The notes under the pieces were generated by a model. It was given only the letters and a program-made list of their open reading frames with translations, had not been told where the DNA came from and searched no databases. A stretch of DNA of 64,000 nucleotides from Bradymonadia bacterium (GTDB lineage: Bacteria > Myxococcota_A > Bradymonadia > UBA7976 > UBA1532): contig JBKAGE010000039.1 in the NCBI GenBank assembly GCA_046290225.1, positions 1 to 64,000 on the forward strand, in the 5' to 3' direction. Numbering within the stretch: position 1 is the stretch's first letter; the number at the start of each line of letters is the position of its first letter. Shown here one piece after another: positions 49,483 through 58,160 of the stretch. Made by a program: the position numbers and the translations under genes.

Positions 49483-50379
49483 ATGTTCAGTTCTGCCACG
49501 CTCATGTCGCTCGGTCTGTCTGTCGCTGCCTGCGGTGTCTCCAACACGAAGGTTGCCACGAGTACTCCCCCCGAGGGCATCTCGAAAGTGCAGGCCATCG
49601 AAGGCCCAGTGTCCTTCCCCGAAAGCGGGGTGTGGGATGAAGAGGCTCAGGTCTGGTATGTGTCGAGCTTCGGTCAGGCCTTCGACCCCACAGGGGGCAC
49701 CGCTGACAAGTCAGGCTTCATCTCTCGGCTCGACGCCAGGGGGCGCGTGCTCGATGCCCGGCTGGTGGAAGGGGCCGGTGACTTCCTGGGCCTCGCCATG
49801 ATGAATGGCAAGCTCTACGCCTCTCATGGGGCCGACATTTGGGAGATCGACCCGAGCACGGGGAAGCATGACGTCATCACCGTGCCCGGGGCTGGATTCC
49901 TCAACGACATTGCCGTGGGTGAGGGTGCCCTGTACATCACGGATACTGGTGCCGGCGCTGTGCATCGATACGTGCCAGGGAAGACGCCCACGGTCTTCTC
50001 CAAAGATCCGGCCCTCAAGGCCCCCAACGGGATCGCTGTAGACAATGGCCAGGTCGTCGTAGTCACTCTCGGGGCGTTCCCGCCCAACCCGGCAACTCCG
50101 GGCTCGGTTTTGGCTCTGGACGACTCTGGCAAGGCGACGCGCCTGGGTAAGGTGAGTGGTCTCTTCGACGGTGTCGAGGTGATCAACGGCAGCTATGTTG
50201 TGTCCGATATCACTGGGCCACTGTTGCGGGTAGATCCCAACGGTGACACCAGACAGTTGGGTGACTTGAAGACGCTCGGGCTGGGCTCGGCGAATGACTT
50301 CGGCGTCGACCCCAACACCATGACCCTCATGATGGGTGATCTCACCTCGAACAAGGTCTGGCAGGTCTCGCTCTTCTGA
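49483..50379 (+). CDS. SMP-30/gluconolactonase-like beta-propeller lipoprotein, paralog A
   Basis: FPESG, FLNDIA, PNG, DGVE motifs; lipobox VAAC. Confidence 0.82.
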   Translation: MFSSATLMSLGLSVAACGVSNTKVATSTPPEGISKVQAIEGPVSFPESGVWDEEAQVWYVSSFGQAFDPTGGTADKSGFISRLDARGRVLDARLVEGAGDFLGLAMMNGKLYASHGADIWEIDPSTGKHDVITVPGAGFLNDIAVGEGALYITDTGAGAVHRYVPGKTPTVFSKDPALKAPNGIAVDNGQVVVVTLGAFPPNPATPGSVLALDDSGKATRLGKVSGLFDGVEVINGSYVVSDITGPLLRVDPNGDTRQLGDLKTLGLGSANDFGVDPNTMTLMMGDLTSNKVWQVSLF

Positions 50380-50894
50380 ACCCTCTCCCAAACCTTCCTT
50401 CCAGCGCCTTCGGCGCTCCGATCGTGCTGTGAACTCAAACTCAATCCGAATGCACAGCACGATGAGTATCCAGCGGGCCACCGCGTCGGATCATGCCCTG
50501 GTGACAACTTTTCCCCAATAGGTGAACAAGAGGTCCTCGCACACCAGAGGACTTCTGAGCATGTCGTTCCAAGTGGCCTTGCACCGTACGAGGACACCCT
50601 TGCGTGTGTCGCTGATTGAAGCAGCACGAGCCCTCAACTGGTCATATACACCATCAGTCATCCAGTCATGTCGTCTGCATCACCTTTTTGAGCAATCGGT
50701 GAAGGGGCAAGAGCCTCGTATTGCTGATGGCCATAGAGTGATTCCTCTTGAATCTTGAGTGCTTCAGGTGGCGGGGATGACCTGTATGCGATTTGTACAG
50801 ACCCTTCTCGAACTCCTCTAAAGACAGTGATGGTGGCCCGCACTACCTTGAGTCTCGTCAAACACACAAGACGTACACAACCCAGGAGAGTCCC

Positions 50895-51791
50895 ATGTTC
50901 CGCAACGCCATGCTCGTTTCGCTCAGCCTGTCCCTCGCCGCCTGCGGCACCTCCGATGATGAAGAGACCATGAACAGTGCCCCTGAGGGCATCTCAGGCG
51001 TCGAGGCCGTTCAAGGCGCGGTGTCTTTCCCTGAGAGTGGGGTGTGGGACGCCGATGCCCAGGTCTGGTACGTGTCGAACTTCGGTCAGGCTTTCGATCC
51101 CACGGGGGGCACCCCTGACCAGCCGGGTTTCATCTCTCGGCTCGACGCCGACGGCAACGTCCTCGACGCTCGGCTGGTGGAGAGCGACGGTGACTTCCTA
51201 GGCCTCGCGATGATGGACGGCATGCTCTACGCCTCTCGCGGCGCTGACATCTTGCAAATCGACCCTGATACCGGCGACTTCGAAGCCATCGCCGTGCCTG
51301 GGGCCGGCTTCCTCAACGACATCGCTGCCGGTGATGGCGAGCTCTACATCACTGACACAGGCGCTGGCGCTGTGCATCGATACGTGCCTGGCGAGACGCC
51401 CACAATCTTCTCCGATGATCCTGCGTTGCGGGCGCCCAACGGCGTCACTGTGGATGGAGATCGTGTCATCGTGGTCACCCTCGGAGCTTTCCCTCCTGAT
51501 CCGGCGACCCCGGGCTCAGTGTTGTCCCTCGATGGTTCCGGTGCGGCGACGCAGATCGGCGAGGTGAGCGGTCTCTTCGATGGTGTCGAGGTGCTCAACG
51601 GCAGCTACATCGTGTCGGACATCACTGGGCCGTTGTTGCGGGTGGATCCCAATGGAGAGGCTGTGGAGCTTGGCAACTTGCAAGAGATGGGGTTGGGCTC
51701 GGCGAATGATTTTGGCATCGATGTCACCACCATGACTCTCATGATGGGCGATCTCACCTCGAACCAGGCTTGGCAGATCTCGCTCTTCTGA
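50895..51791 (+). CDS. SMP-30/gluconolactonase-like beta-propeller lipoprotein, paralog B
   Basis: Collinear paralog of 49483-50379 with the same length; lipobox LAAC. Confidence 0.82.
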   Translation: MFRNAMLVSLSLSLAACGTSDDEETMNSAPEGISGVEAVQGAVSFPESGVWDADAQVWYVSNFGQAFDPTGGTPDQPGFISRLDADGNVLDARLVESDGDFLGLAMMDGMLYASRGADILQIDPDTGDFEAIAVPGAGFLNDIAAGDGELYITDTGAGAVHRYVPGETPTIFSDDPALRAPNGVTVDGDRVIVVTLGAFPPDPATPGSVLSLDGSGAATQIGEVSGLFDGVEVLNGSYIVSDITGPLLRVDPNGEAVELGNLQEMGLGSANDFGIDVTTMTLMMGDLTSNQAWQISLF

Positions 51792-51801
51792 GCTTTGCTC
51801 C

Positions 51802-52353
51802 TCATCGCCGGAGGGCGTTGATGCTCACGAGGCGCCAGCTGTTGAAGCCGTGATTGTGCAGATGCAGGCCCAAGCGGGCATCGGGGGTGGGGGTGAAGTC
51901 CAGGGCCACCTCCGCGCCGAGGGTGCGGGAGGGGGCGGGGATCTGCACCACCTCTTCCCAGATGACCGTGTCGTCGATCCACACGGCGATGTGCCCCTCA
52001 GCGGGCTCTGGTGCGTCGAGAAAGTCGTGCCACACCGTGATGACGAGGGTGTCGCCTGCTTCGAGATCCATGGGCAGAGGCTGGTCGAAAGCACCGTAGG
52101 CACATGCCCCGGTCTGGACCTCGAAGCCGCCGCCCTCGGGGCCCCATGTGGCCGAGGGGCAATCCACGTCGAGAGGGCGGTGGTGAGCCAGCGGGTCGAG
52201 ATCGGCGGTGACGGGCGTGAGGGCAAAGGGATCGAGCACCGACACAGGGGGCTGCGCAGGCTCTTCCATCATCGGATCTGCCATGGGCGTCGAGTCGACG
52301 TGCTCTTCACCGCATCCGGTCAACAGTGCTGCCATCACCATCACCCAGCGCAT
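51802..52353 (-). CDS. Hypothetical lipoprotein with His-rich HLHNHG motif
   Basis: Lipobox LTGC; starts directly after the monooxygenase stop. Confidence 0.75.
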   Translation of the reverse strand: MRWVMVMAALLTGCGEEHVDSTPMADPMMEEPAQPPVSVLDPFALTPVTADLDPLAHHRPLDVDCPSATWGPEGGGFEVQTGACAYGAFDQPLPMDLEAGDTLVITVWHDFLDAPEPAEGHIAVWIDDTVIWEEVVQIPAPSRTLGAEVALDFTPTPDARLGLHLHNHGFNSWRLVSINALRR

Positions 52354-52355
52354 CT

Positions 52356-53861
52356 TCACTCCCCAGTCACATAGAGACCGCCGAGGCACATCTCGTCGGT
52401 GGTGCCTTCACCCCAGGATACGTCGGCGGGGGCTCGGACTTCGCCATCGATGATGGGTTGGTTGGCGGCGGAGTTGTCCCAGCTGCAGCCCATCCAGAGG
52501 GCGTCTCCGGGACGCAGCGTCACCGAGTCTTCGAGGGCGTAGCTGCCCTGCCAGTTGAAGTCCCAGTCGGGGATGTCGAGCACGCAGGTGTTGCTGCCGT
52601 CGGCGTGGCGGATCTCCGTCCGCTGGCTCCGCCCGAGGCCGTGCATGTGGTGGTTGGCAGAATGGATCACCAGAGGTGCCCCCTCGGGCAGCCCCAGCGC
52701 CTGCCGAGCGCGGTCGACGAGGAAGGAGTCGTAGGTCAACAGGGTGGAGTGCTCCACCTTGGACTCACCAGCGGGGATGGTCATGGGCTCACCGATGAGG
52801 CCATTGCTGATCCAGCCGAGATCCACCATGGCGAGGTTGGTGGCCTCGCGCTCCACCGCCGGGGCGGTGGCGATCTCGATGCTGGACTGATCGGCCACCG
52901 GGGCCGAGCTCAGGGTGTTGTAGTGCATTTGCACCACCATCATCGAGCCGGGCTCAACGGGGATTCCGGTGCCCGCGGGGAGTGGCCGCTCCGGGTTGCC
53001 AGGCACCCACGAGCCGATGGTGGAGAAGCCCGCGGTGCCCATGGTGCCGCCACCGCCGAGCTCTTCGATGAGGGCGCTGAGCTGCGCCGCGGTGAGGTTG
53101 CCGGAGCGCACGTCGGCGAGAGAGAGCCCGAGGGTCTCGAGGGCGGCGAGCAACCGCGCGGGATCCACGTTGTCGAAGCCTCCAGCGCCGCCGCCCTGTG
53201 GGCCGCCATAGCACGTGTACCCCGGGCCCTCTTCCGCGGCGTCGTAGGCCATGAACTCTTCCACTTGATCAGGGCCAATCAAGAACACGATGACGTGGTG
53301 CACGATGGCCCGCTGGTCGGGCTTCACCCGGAGCCCGGTGACGAAGCGTTTCTCATCTGCAGGCCAGGGGATCAGCTGACAGCGATAGTCGTCGGGCTCG
53401 AGCACGGGCGTATAGGGCTCGGGGAGCTTCACGACGATGTCGGTCTCGTAGGGGGCCGGGGCTGCCACGGCCTCAGGGGCGTCGGCGGGATCACCCTCCA
53501 GGCTCTCGCCCTCGAGCCAGGCCATGAGGTCGGCCTTCTCGTCGTCGGTGATGTCGATGTTCCCTGCGTAGGTGTTACACGCGTCATCGGGCTGCCAGGG
53601 GGGCATGGTGCCGTTGGCGATGCTCGCCTGCACGGGCACCTTGAAGGCCATGACCTCTTCATAAGTGGTGAGGGAGAAGGGGCCGATGTCGCCAGGGCGG
53701 TGACAGTTGGCGCAGCGGGCATCGATGATGGCTTTGACGTCCTTGTAGTAGGTCAGCGCCTCTGTCGAGGGGGCATTCTCAGCGGGGGCTGGCGTCGCGG
53801 AGTCGTCGTTGCCGCAGCCGAAGGTGAGCAGCAGCGGGAGCAGCACAAGGCATCGTTTCAT
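52356..53861 (-). CDS. Copper type II (DBH/PHM-like) monooxygenase lipoprotein with N-terminal heme c motif
   Basis: CANCH...MPPW; DDYRC, VHHVIV, QMHYN, HMHGLG, WDFNWQ, DEMC. Confidence 0.85.
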   Translation of the reverse strand: MKRCLVLLPLLLTFGCGNDDSATPAPAENAPSTEALTYYKDVKAIIDARCANCHRPGDIGPFSLTTYEEVMAFKVPVQASIANGTMPPWQPDDACNTYAGNIDITDDEKADLMAWLEGESLEGDPADAPEAVAAPAPYETDIVVKLPEPYTPVLEPDDYRCQLIPWPADEKRFVTGLRVKPDQRAIVHHVIVFLIGPDQVEEFMAYDAAEEGPGYTCYGGPQGGGAGGFDNVDPARLLAALETLGLSLADVRSGNLTAAQLSALIEELGGGGTMGTAGFSTIGSWVPGNPERPLPAGTGIPVEPGSMMVVQMHYNTLSSAPVADQSSIEIATAPAVEREATNLAMVDLGWISNGLIGEPMTIPAGESKVEHSTLLTYDSFLVDRARQALGLPEGAPLVIHSANHHMHGLGRSQRTEIRHADGSNTCVLDIPDWDFNWQGSYALEDSVTLRPGDALWMGCSWDNSAANQPIIDGEVRAPADVSWGEGTTDEMCLGGLYVTGE

Positions 53862-54045
53862 GTCGACCTCAGGGGGCAGGGGGGCATTCTCGGTATGGCC
53901 TGAGGCTCAACGATAGGTGGCAGTTGTTGAGCAAATATGAAGCGTCGACACAACGTGCTGCCCGAGCGCTCACGATGTGCTCAATATGGGTCGAGTACAG
54001 CGTCACGCTCGCCCCGCTGCTCGAACCTGTTGCATGAGAGGTGCG

Positions 54046-54729
54046 ATGTCCGAGTCTCCCCATATTCTCATCGTCGAGGACGATCTCGGCGTGGTGCAGG
54101 GCCTCGTGCGTGGCTTGCAACATGCAGGCTTCGAAACCAGCCTCGCCATGGCCGGCGACGAAGCCCTCGGGCGGATTCTGAGCGAGTCCTTCGATCTCGT
54201 GCTGCTCGACCTGATGTTGCCCGAGCGCGACGGCTTCGAGGTGCTCGAAGCGGTGCGGACCCGGGTCTCGGTGCCCATCATCGTGGTCTCTGCCCGGACC
54301 GAGCTCGGGGCGCGCCTGAAGAGCTTCGAGCGAGGCGCTGTGGACTTCGTGCCCAAGCCGTTCTTCATGGAAGAGCTGGTGGCCCGCATCAGAGCACGGC
54401 TCGCATTGAGCAGTGCAGCCCCTCGCCGGGCGCTGCAGATCGTCGATGTCACCCTCGATCTCGACGCCAGGGTAGCCCGTCGAGGCGAGTCCGATCTGGG
54501 GCTCACCACTCACGAGTTCAATGTGCTGGCCTTCTTGCGCGAGCGGGCAGGGCGGGCCTTCACCCGGGCCCAGATCGCCAACAACGCGCTGCCGGAGAGC
54601 GGGGAGCGCGGGGAGCGCACGGTAGACAGCCACCTCTCCCGCATTCGAAAGAAGCTCGGCGCCGAGGCTGCAGAGCAGATTCAGACGGTGTGGGGCATCG
54701 GCTACCGCTGCGCTGAAGAGGCCCCATGA
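54046..54729 (+). CDS. OmpR-family response regulator
   Basis: VEDD, LDLMLP, KPF, TVWGIGY. Confidence 0.92.
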   Translation: MSESPHILIVEDDLGVVQGLVRGLQHAGFETSLAMAGDEALGRILSESFDLVLLDLMLPERDGFEVLEAVRTRVSVPIIVVSARTELGARLKSFERGAVDFVPKPFFMEELVARIRARLALSSAAPRRALQIVDVTLDLDARVARRGESDLGLTTHEFNVLAFLRERAGRAFTRAQIANNALPESGERGERTVDSHLSRIRKKLGAEAAEQIQTVWGIGYRCAEEAP

Positions 54730-56054
54730 CCCGGCGTTTGTCCCGTGGGATCCTGGTGAGCGCCGCCTCGAGCGTGGTGCTCGCCGGGTTGCTCGTCATC
54801 GTGGCGTTGGCATTGGCGCGCCCCACCCTGCGCCGGGCGGCGCTCGACAGCGTGATCCACGCCGCCGACTTCGAGACGTGTACCGCACACCCCGAGGCGT
54901 GGGGCTGGCGGTCGGGCAACCTCTCGTTCTTCGCCTATGACCGCAGCGGCCGCTCCACAAATCCGCTGGCTGTGCCCCTGGAGCCCGATCTGCTCGAGCA
55001 TGTGCTCACCACTGGAACCCCAGCTGAGTTGTTCGAGCGACATCGGGCTGTCTCGGTGGTGCCCAACGGGCCTGAGGGCCCCTGCGCGCTGATCCGCATC
55101 AGCTCGGGCAACATCGCCGCGGCCACCCTGCCTGGGGCCCTCGGCATGCTCGGGCTCTCCATCATCGGCGGCATGTTGCTCGCGGCTATGGGCACTTTCT
55201 GGTTCGTGGTGCGGCCACTGCGACGGCGCATCGATGCCCTGGCGATCTCTGCCAGCGGGGTGGGGGCGGAGGAGTTCACCCCTGAAGAGGCGACCCCTGA
55301 TGCCCTTGGCCACATCGCCGAGGTGCTCGCTTCGAGCCACACCCGTGTGGTGGAGACCCGAGAGGCCCTCGAGCAGCGCAACCAGGCCCTCGAAGAGCAC
55401 CTCACGGGCATCGCTCACGATCTGCGCACACCCCTGTCGAGCATGCAGCTGGCTCTGGAGGCCGTTGCGGGGGAAGCGAAGGGGCCACTGCAGCAGGAGG
55501 CGCGGCGAGCCCTCGCCGACATGGTGTATCTCTCATCACTGGTGGAGAACCTGCACCAAGCCACCCGCCTGCGCCACGCCGTCGACGTATCCTCCGGGGT
55601 GGTGGAGCTCGGTGAGCTGGTCCGTCGCCTGGAGCGTCGCTTCGTCATCGTGGGCCGACACGCCAGCGTAGAGGTGGCGGCGAGCATCCCCGAAGCGCCG
55701 ATCTGGGCGGCCTGTACGCCGGCCCTCGCCGAGCGAGCCATCGCCAACCTGATCCAGAATGCCATCGAGCACAACTCTGGGCCGGGGCATGTGGCCATCA
55801 CCCTCACGGCCGACGCCTCGACCAACCGCTTCGAGGTGTGCGTCGCAGATGATGGCCCGGGGCTGCCCGAGGAGATGCTCGCCAGCCTCGACGACGAGAC
55901 GTTCCTGCTCGAGTCCGCCCGCCGCCGGGGCCCCAGTCTGGGCATGTTGATCACCGCTGAGGTGGCCCGCCGAGCGGGCTGGTCGGTGCGCTACGCGCCG
56001 TTGGCGCCCACGGGGCTCTCGGTGCACATTGAAGGGCCAGTGACGTTCGAGTAA
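54726..56054 (+). CDS. Sensor histidine kinase
   Basis: AHDLRTPL, NLIQNA, DDGPG; atypical G2 box GPSLGM. Confidence 0.88.
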   Translation: MTRRLSRGILVSAASSVVLAGLLVIVALALARPTLRRAALDSVIHAADFETCTAHPEAWGWRSGNLSFFAYDRSGRSTNPLAVPLEPDLLEHVLTTGTPAELFERHRAVSVVPNGPEGPCALIRISSGNIAAATLPGALGMLGLSIIGGMLLAAMGTFWFVVRPLRRRIDALAISASGVGAEEFTPEEATPDALGHIAEVLASSHTRVVETREALEQRNQALEEHLTGIAHDLRTPLSSMQLALEAVAGEAKGPLQQEARRALADMVYLSSLVENLHQATRLRHAVDVSSGVVELGELVRRLERRFVIVGRHASVEVAASIPEAPIWAACTPALAERAIANLIQNAIEHNSGPGHVAITLTADASTNRFEVCVADDGPGLPEEMLASLDDETFLLESARRRGPSLGMLITAEVARRAGWSVRYAPLAPTGLSVHIEGPVTFE

Positions 56055-56057
56055 TCA

Positions 56058-56918
56058 TCACTCGGGGGCGTTGACCCGTCCTTCGAACCGGCGCTTCTCG
56101 GTGAGAAGGCGAGGCACCAGAAAGTTGATCAGCGCCCTGACCCGAGCGGAGCGGTGCAGGTCGGCGTGGACAAGGAGCCACAGCTGATCCGCAGCCACCG
56201 GTGCGCCGACGCGCCGCAAGGTCGGATCGGCATCTCCAATGAAGCAGGGCAGCACCCCTTGAGCGCCAGATGGCGCCAGGACGGCATACATGCCCATCAC
56301 ACCGTGCACCATCATGCGGGGTCGGGCATTAGGGAACATCTTTCGCCGCCACTGAACCGCCCGGGCATGATCCATACCGACATAGTGCACCCACGGCAGC
56401 TCGGTCCCTTCGGTCTCCGCAGGGGCATAGTGGCCCCAGGCCAGATCACACAGATGACGACCGATGGCTGTACTCAGCGGTTGAGTTGTGGCCCGAAAGG
56501 CGATGTCGGTCTCTCGATGCAGGTCGAGCAGCAGGTCGTTGGGCTGCAAAATCGGGCGGATGCCACCACAAACCTTGGAGAACTCGGTCAAGTGAGGGGT
56601 GAGCATCGTCAACATCATCAATGGCAGAGTGATCCGGACCTCACCTGAAGCCTGCTGATCGTGCCCCACGACAGCGCGGGTCGCGGAAAAGACCGCTTCC
56701 TCCACCTCCTCGGCGTGGGGCAACAGCGCTTCTCCCGCCTGAGTCAGTTGGTAACCGCGTGGATCCTTCGTGAAGAGGCTCGAGCCCACCGCCTCTTCGA
56801 AGGCGGCGAGGCGCCGGTGCAAGGTGGACACGCTCACCGCCAGCTCTGCCGCGGCGCCGGTCAAGGTGCCTGCCCTCGCCACCGCGAGGAACAGCCGTAG
56901 ATCGTCCCATCGATCCAT
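56058..56918 (-). CDS. LysR family regulator
   Basis: MDRWDDLRLFLAVARAGTL...STLHRR. Confidence 0.92.
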   Translation of the reverse strand: MDRWDDLRLFLAVARAGTLTGAAAELAVSVSTLHRRLAAFEEAVGSSLFTKDPRGYQLTQAGEALLPHAEEVEEAVFSATRAVVGHDQQASGEVRITLPLMMLTMLTPHLTEFSKVCGGIRPILQPNDLLLDLHRETDIAFRATTQPLSTAIGRHLCDLAWGHYAPAETEGTELPWVHYVGMDHARAVQWRRKMFPNARPRMMVHGVMGMYAVLAPSGAQGVLPCFIGDADPTLRRVGAPVAADQLWLLVHADLHRSARVRALINFLVPRLLTEKRRFEGRVNAPE

Positions 56919-57076
56919 TTTTCATTTCCGGAATATGGTTTTGGTTAATCTGCCATATGTTTTCCATTGGTGGGTCAGTAAGGTGTCTCCAGTCAACCTG
57001 AATTTTGCATGGGTGAGGACGCACGGCGGCAAAGGGGTCGAGCTGCGTCCGGACCCCGATGAGAAGGAGATCACCT

Positions 57077-58132
57077 ATGTCGACAGTGAATACATGGCGC
57101 GTCTGGATCGCGATGGGCTGCCTCTTGGGCTCCGTGGGATGCTCGGGCAACAGCGAGAGCACCAAGGGAGAGGTGGCTGTCCAGCAGTTCGCCGCCTGTA
57201 AAGCGGAGTTTCAGATCACCGAGCCTGTCGCTGGCCGCCCCTGGACGCCCAACGCCATCAAGCTCGTCTCGAAGGCGCTCTCGCCCGGGGTCTTTGTCGT
57301 CTACGACGAGGGGGCGCCCAACTTGGGTCCACAGGGGATCCCGCTGGCGACGTCAGCGGGCTTCGTCATCGGCGAAGATGGAGTGGTGCTCATCGAGACG
57401 ATGATCAACCGCCAGCTCTTTTGTCAGCTGATCGATCTGGTGCGGGCGGAGACCGACAAGCCACTGCTCTATGCCATCAACACCAGCCATCATGGCGATC
57501 ACAGCTACGGCAACGCGTTCCTGCCCGAGGGGGTGCAGGTGGTGCAGCACCGGGGCACAGTGGATTTCATAACCGATCCCGAGGCGTTCGCGGGTGACGT
57601 GGCTTTCATGGAGGCCAACTTCGGCGATGATCAGGGCATCGACGAGGTCACCGCTGTCAGGGCCGATGTCATCGTCGAGGACTCTGGCTGGTCCGTGGAC
57701 ATCGGGGGCCGAACCGTCGAGGCTCTCTATCTGGGCTTTGGGCAGACCCACGGCGATCTCTTCGTTTATGTGCCCGAGGCCAACGTGGTGTGGACCGGCA
57801 ACCCCATCGTCGCCCGGGCCCCTGCGTTGCCCTGGCTCCTTGATGGCCACGCCAAAGAGGTGCGTGAGACCCTCATCGGTTTGAGAGACAGGTTCCCGGG
57901 TGCCACGATCATCCCTGGTCACGACGAGCCCCGGGTGGTGAGCGATCTCGACTTCGCCATCGAGTACTTGGGGGTGATGATCGACGAGGTACAGAGCGCT
58001 GTCGATGGCGCGAAAACGCTGGAAGAGACCGTCGCCAGCGTCACCATGGAGCGATTCCAGGGGTACGCCCTCTGGGATTGGGTGCACAGCGTGGTGAACG
58101 TCCCAGCCACTTACAACGAGCTCAGCAAGTGA
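57077..58132 (+). CDS. MBL-fold metallo-hydrolase lipoprotein
   Basis: NTSHHGDHSYGN, QTHGD, IIPGH; lipobox SVGC. Confidence 0.85.
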   Translation: MSTVNTWRVWIAMGCLLGSVGCSGNSESTKGEVAVQQFAACKAEFQITEPVAGRPWTPNAIKLVSKALSPGVFVVYDEGAPNLGPQGIPLATSAGFVIGEDGVVLIETMINRQLFCQLIDLVRAETDKPLLYAINTSHHGDHSYGNAFLPEGVQVVQHRGTVDFITDPEAFAGDVAFMEANFGDDQGIDEVTAVRADVIVEDSGWSVDIGGRTVEALYLGFGQTHGDLFVYVPEANVVWTGNPIVARAPALPWLLDGHAKEVRETLIGLRDRFPGATIIPGHDEPRVVSDLDFAIEYLGVMIDEVQSAVDGAKTLEETVASVTMERFQGYALWDWVHSVVNVPATYNELSK

Positions 58133-58160
58133 GCTCTGTGAAGGCGGGAGGTCGAATCTC

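Noticed and set aside
50380..50780. Possible small gene or decayed LysR between the duplicated lipoproteins
   Set aside because: Only short ORFs without coding bias or recognisable motifs; no visible similarity to the LysR 5' end.
54726..56054. Pseudokinase because of the degenerate G2 box
   Set aside because: H, N and G1 boxes are intact, so inactivity cannot be inferred.
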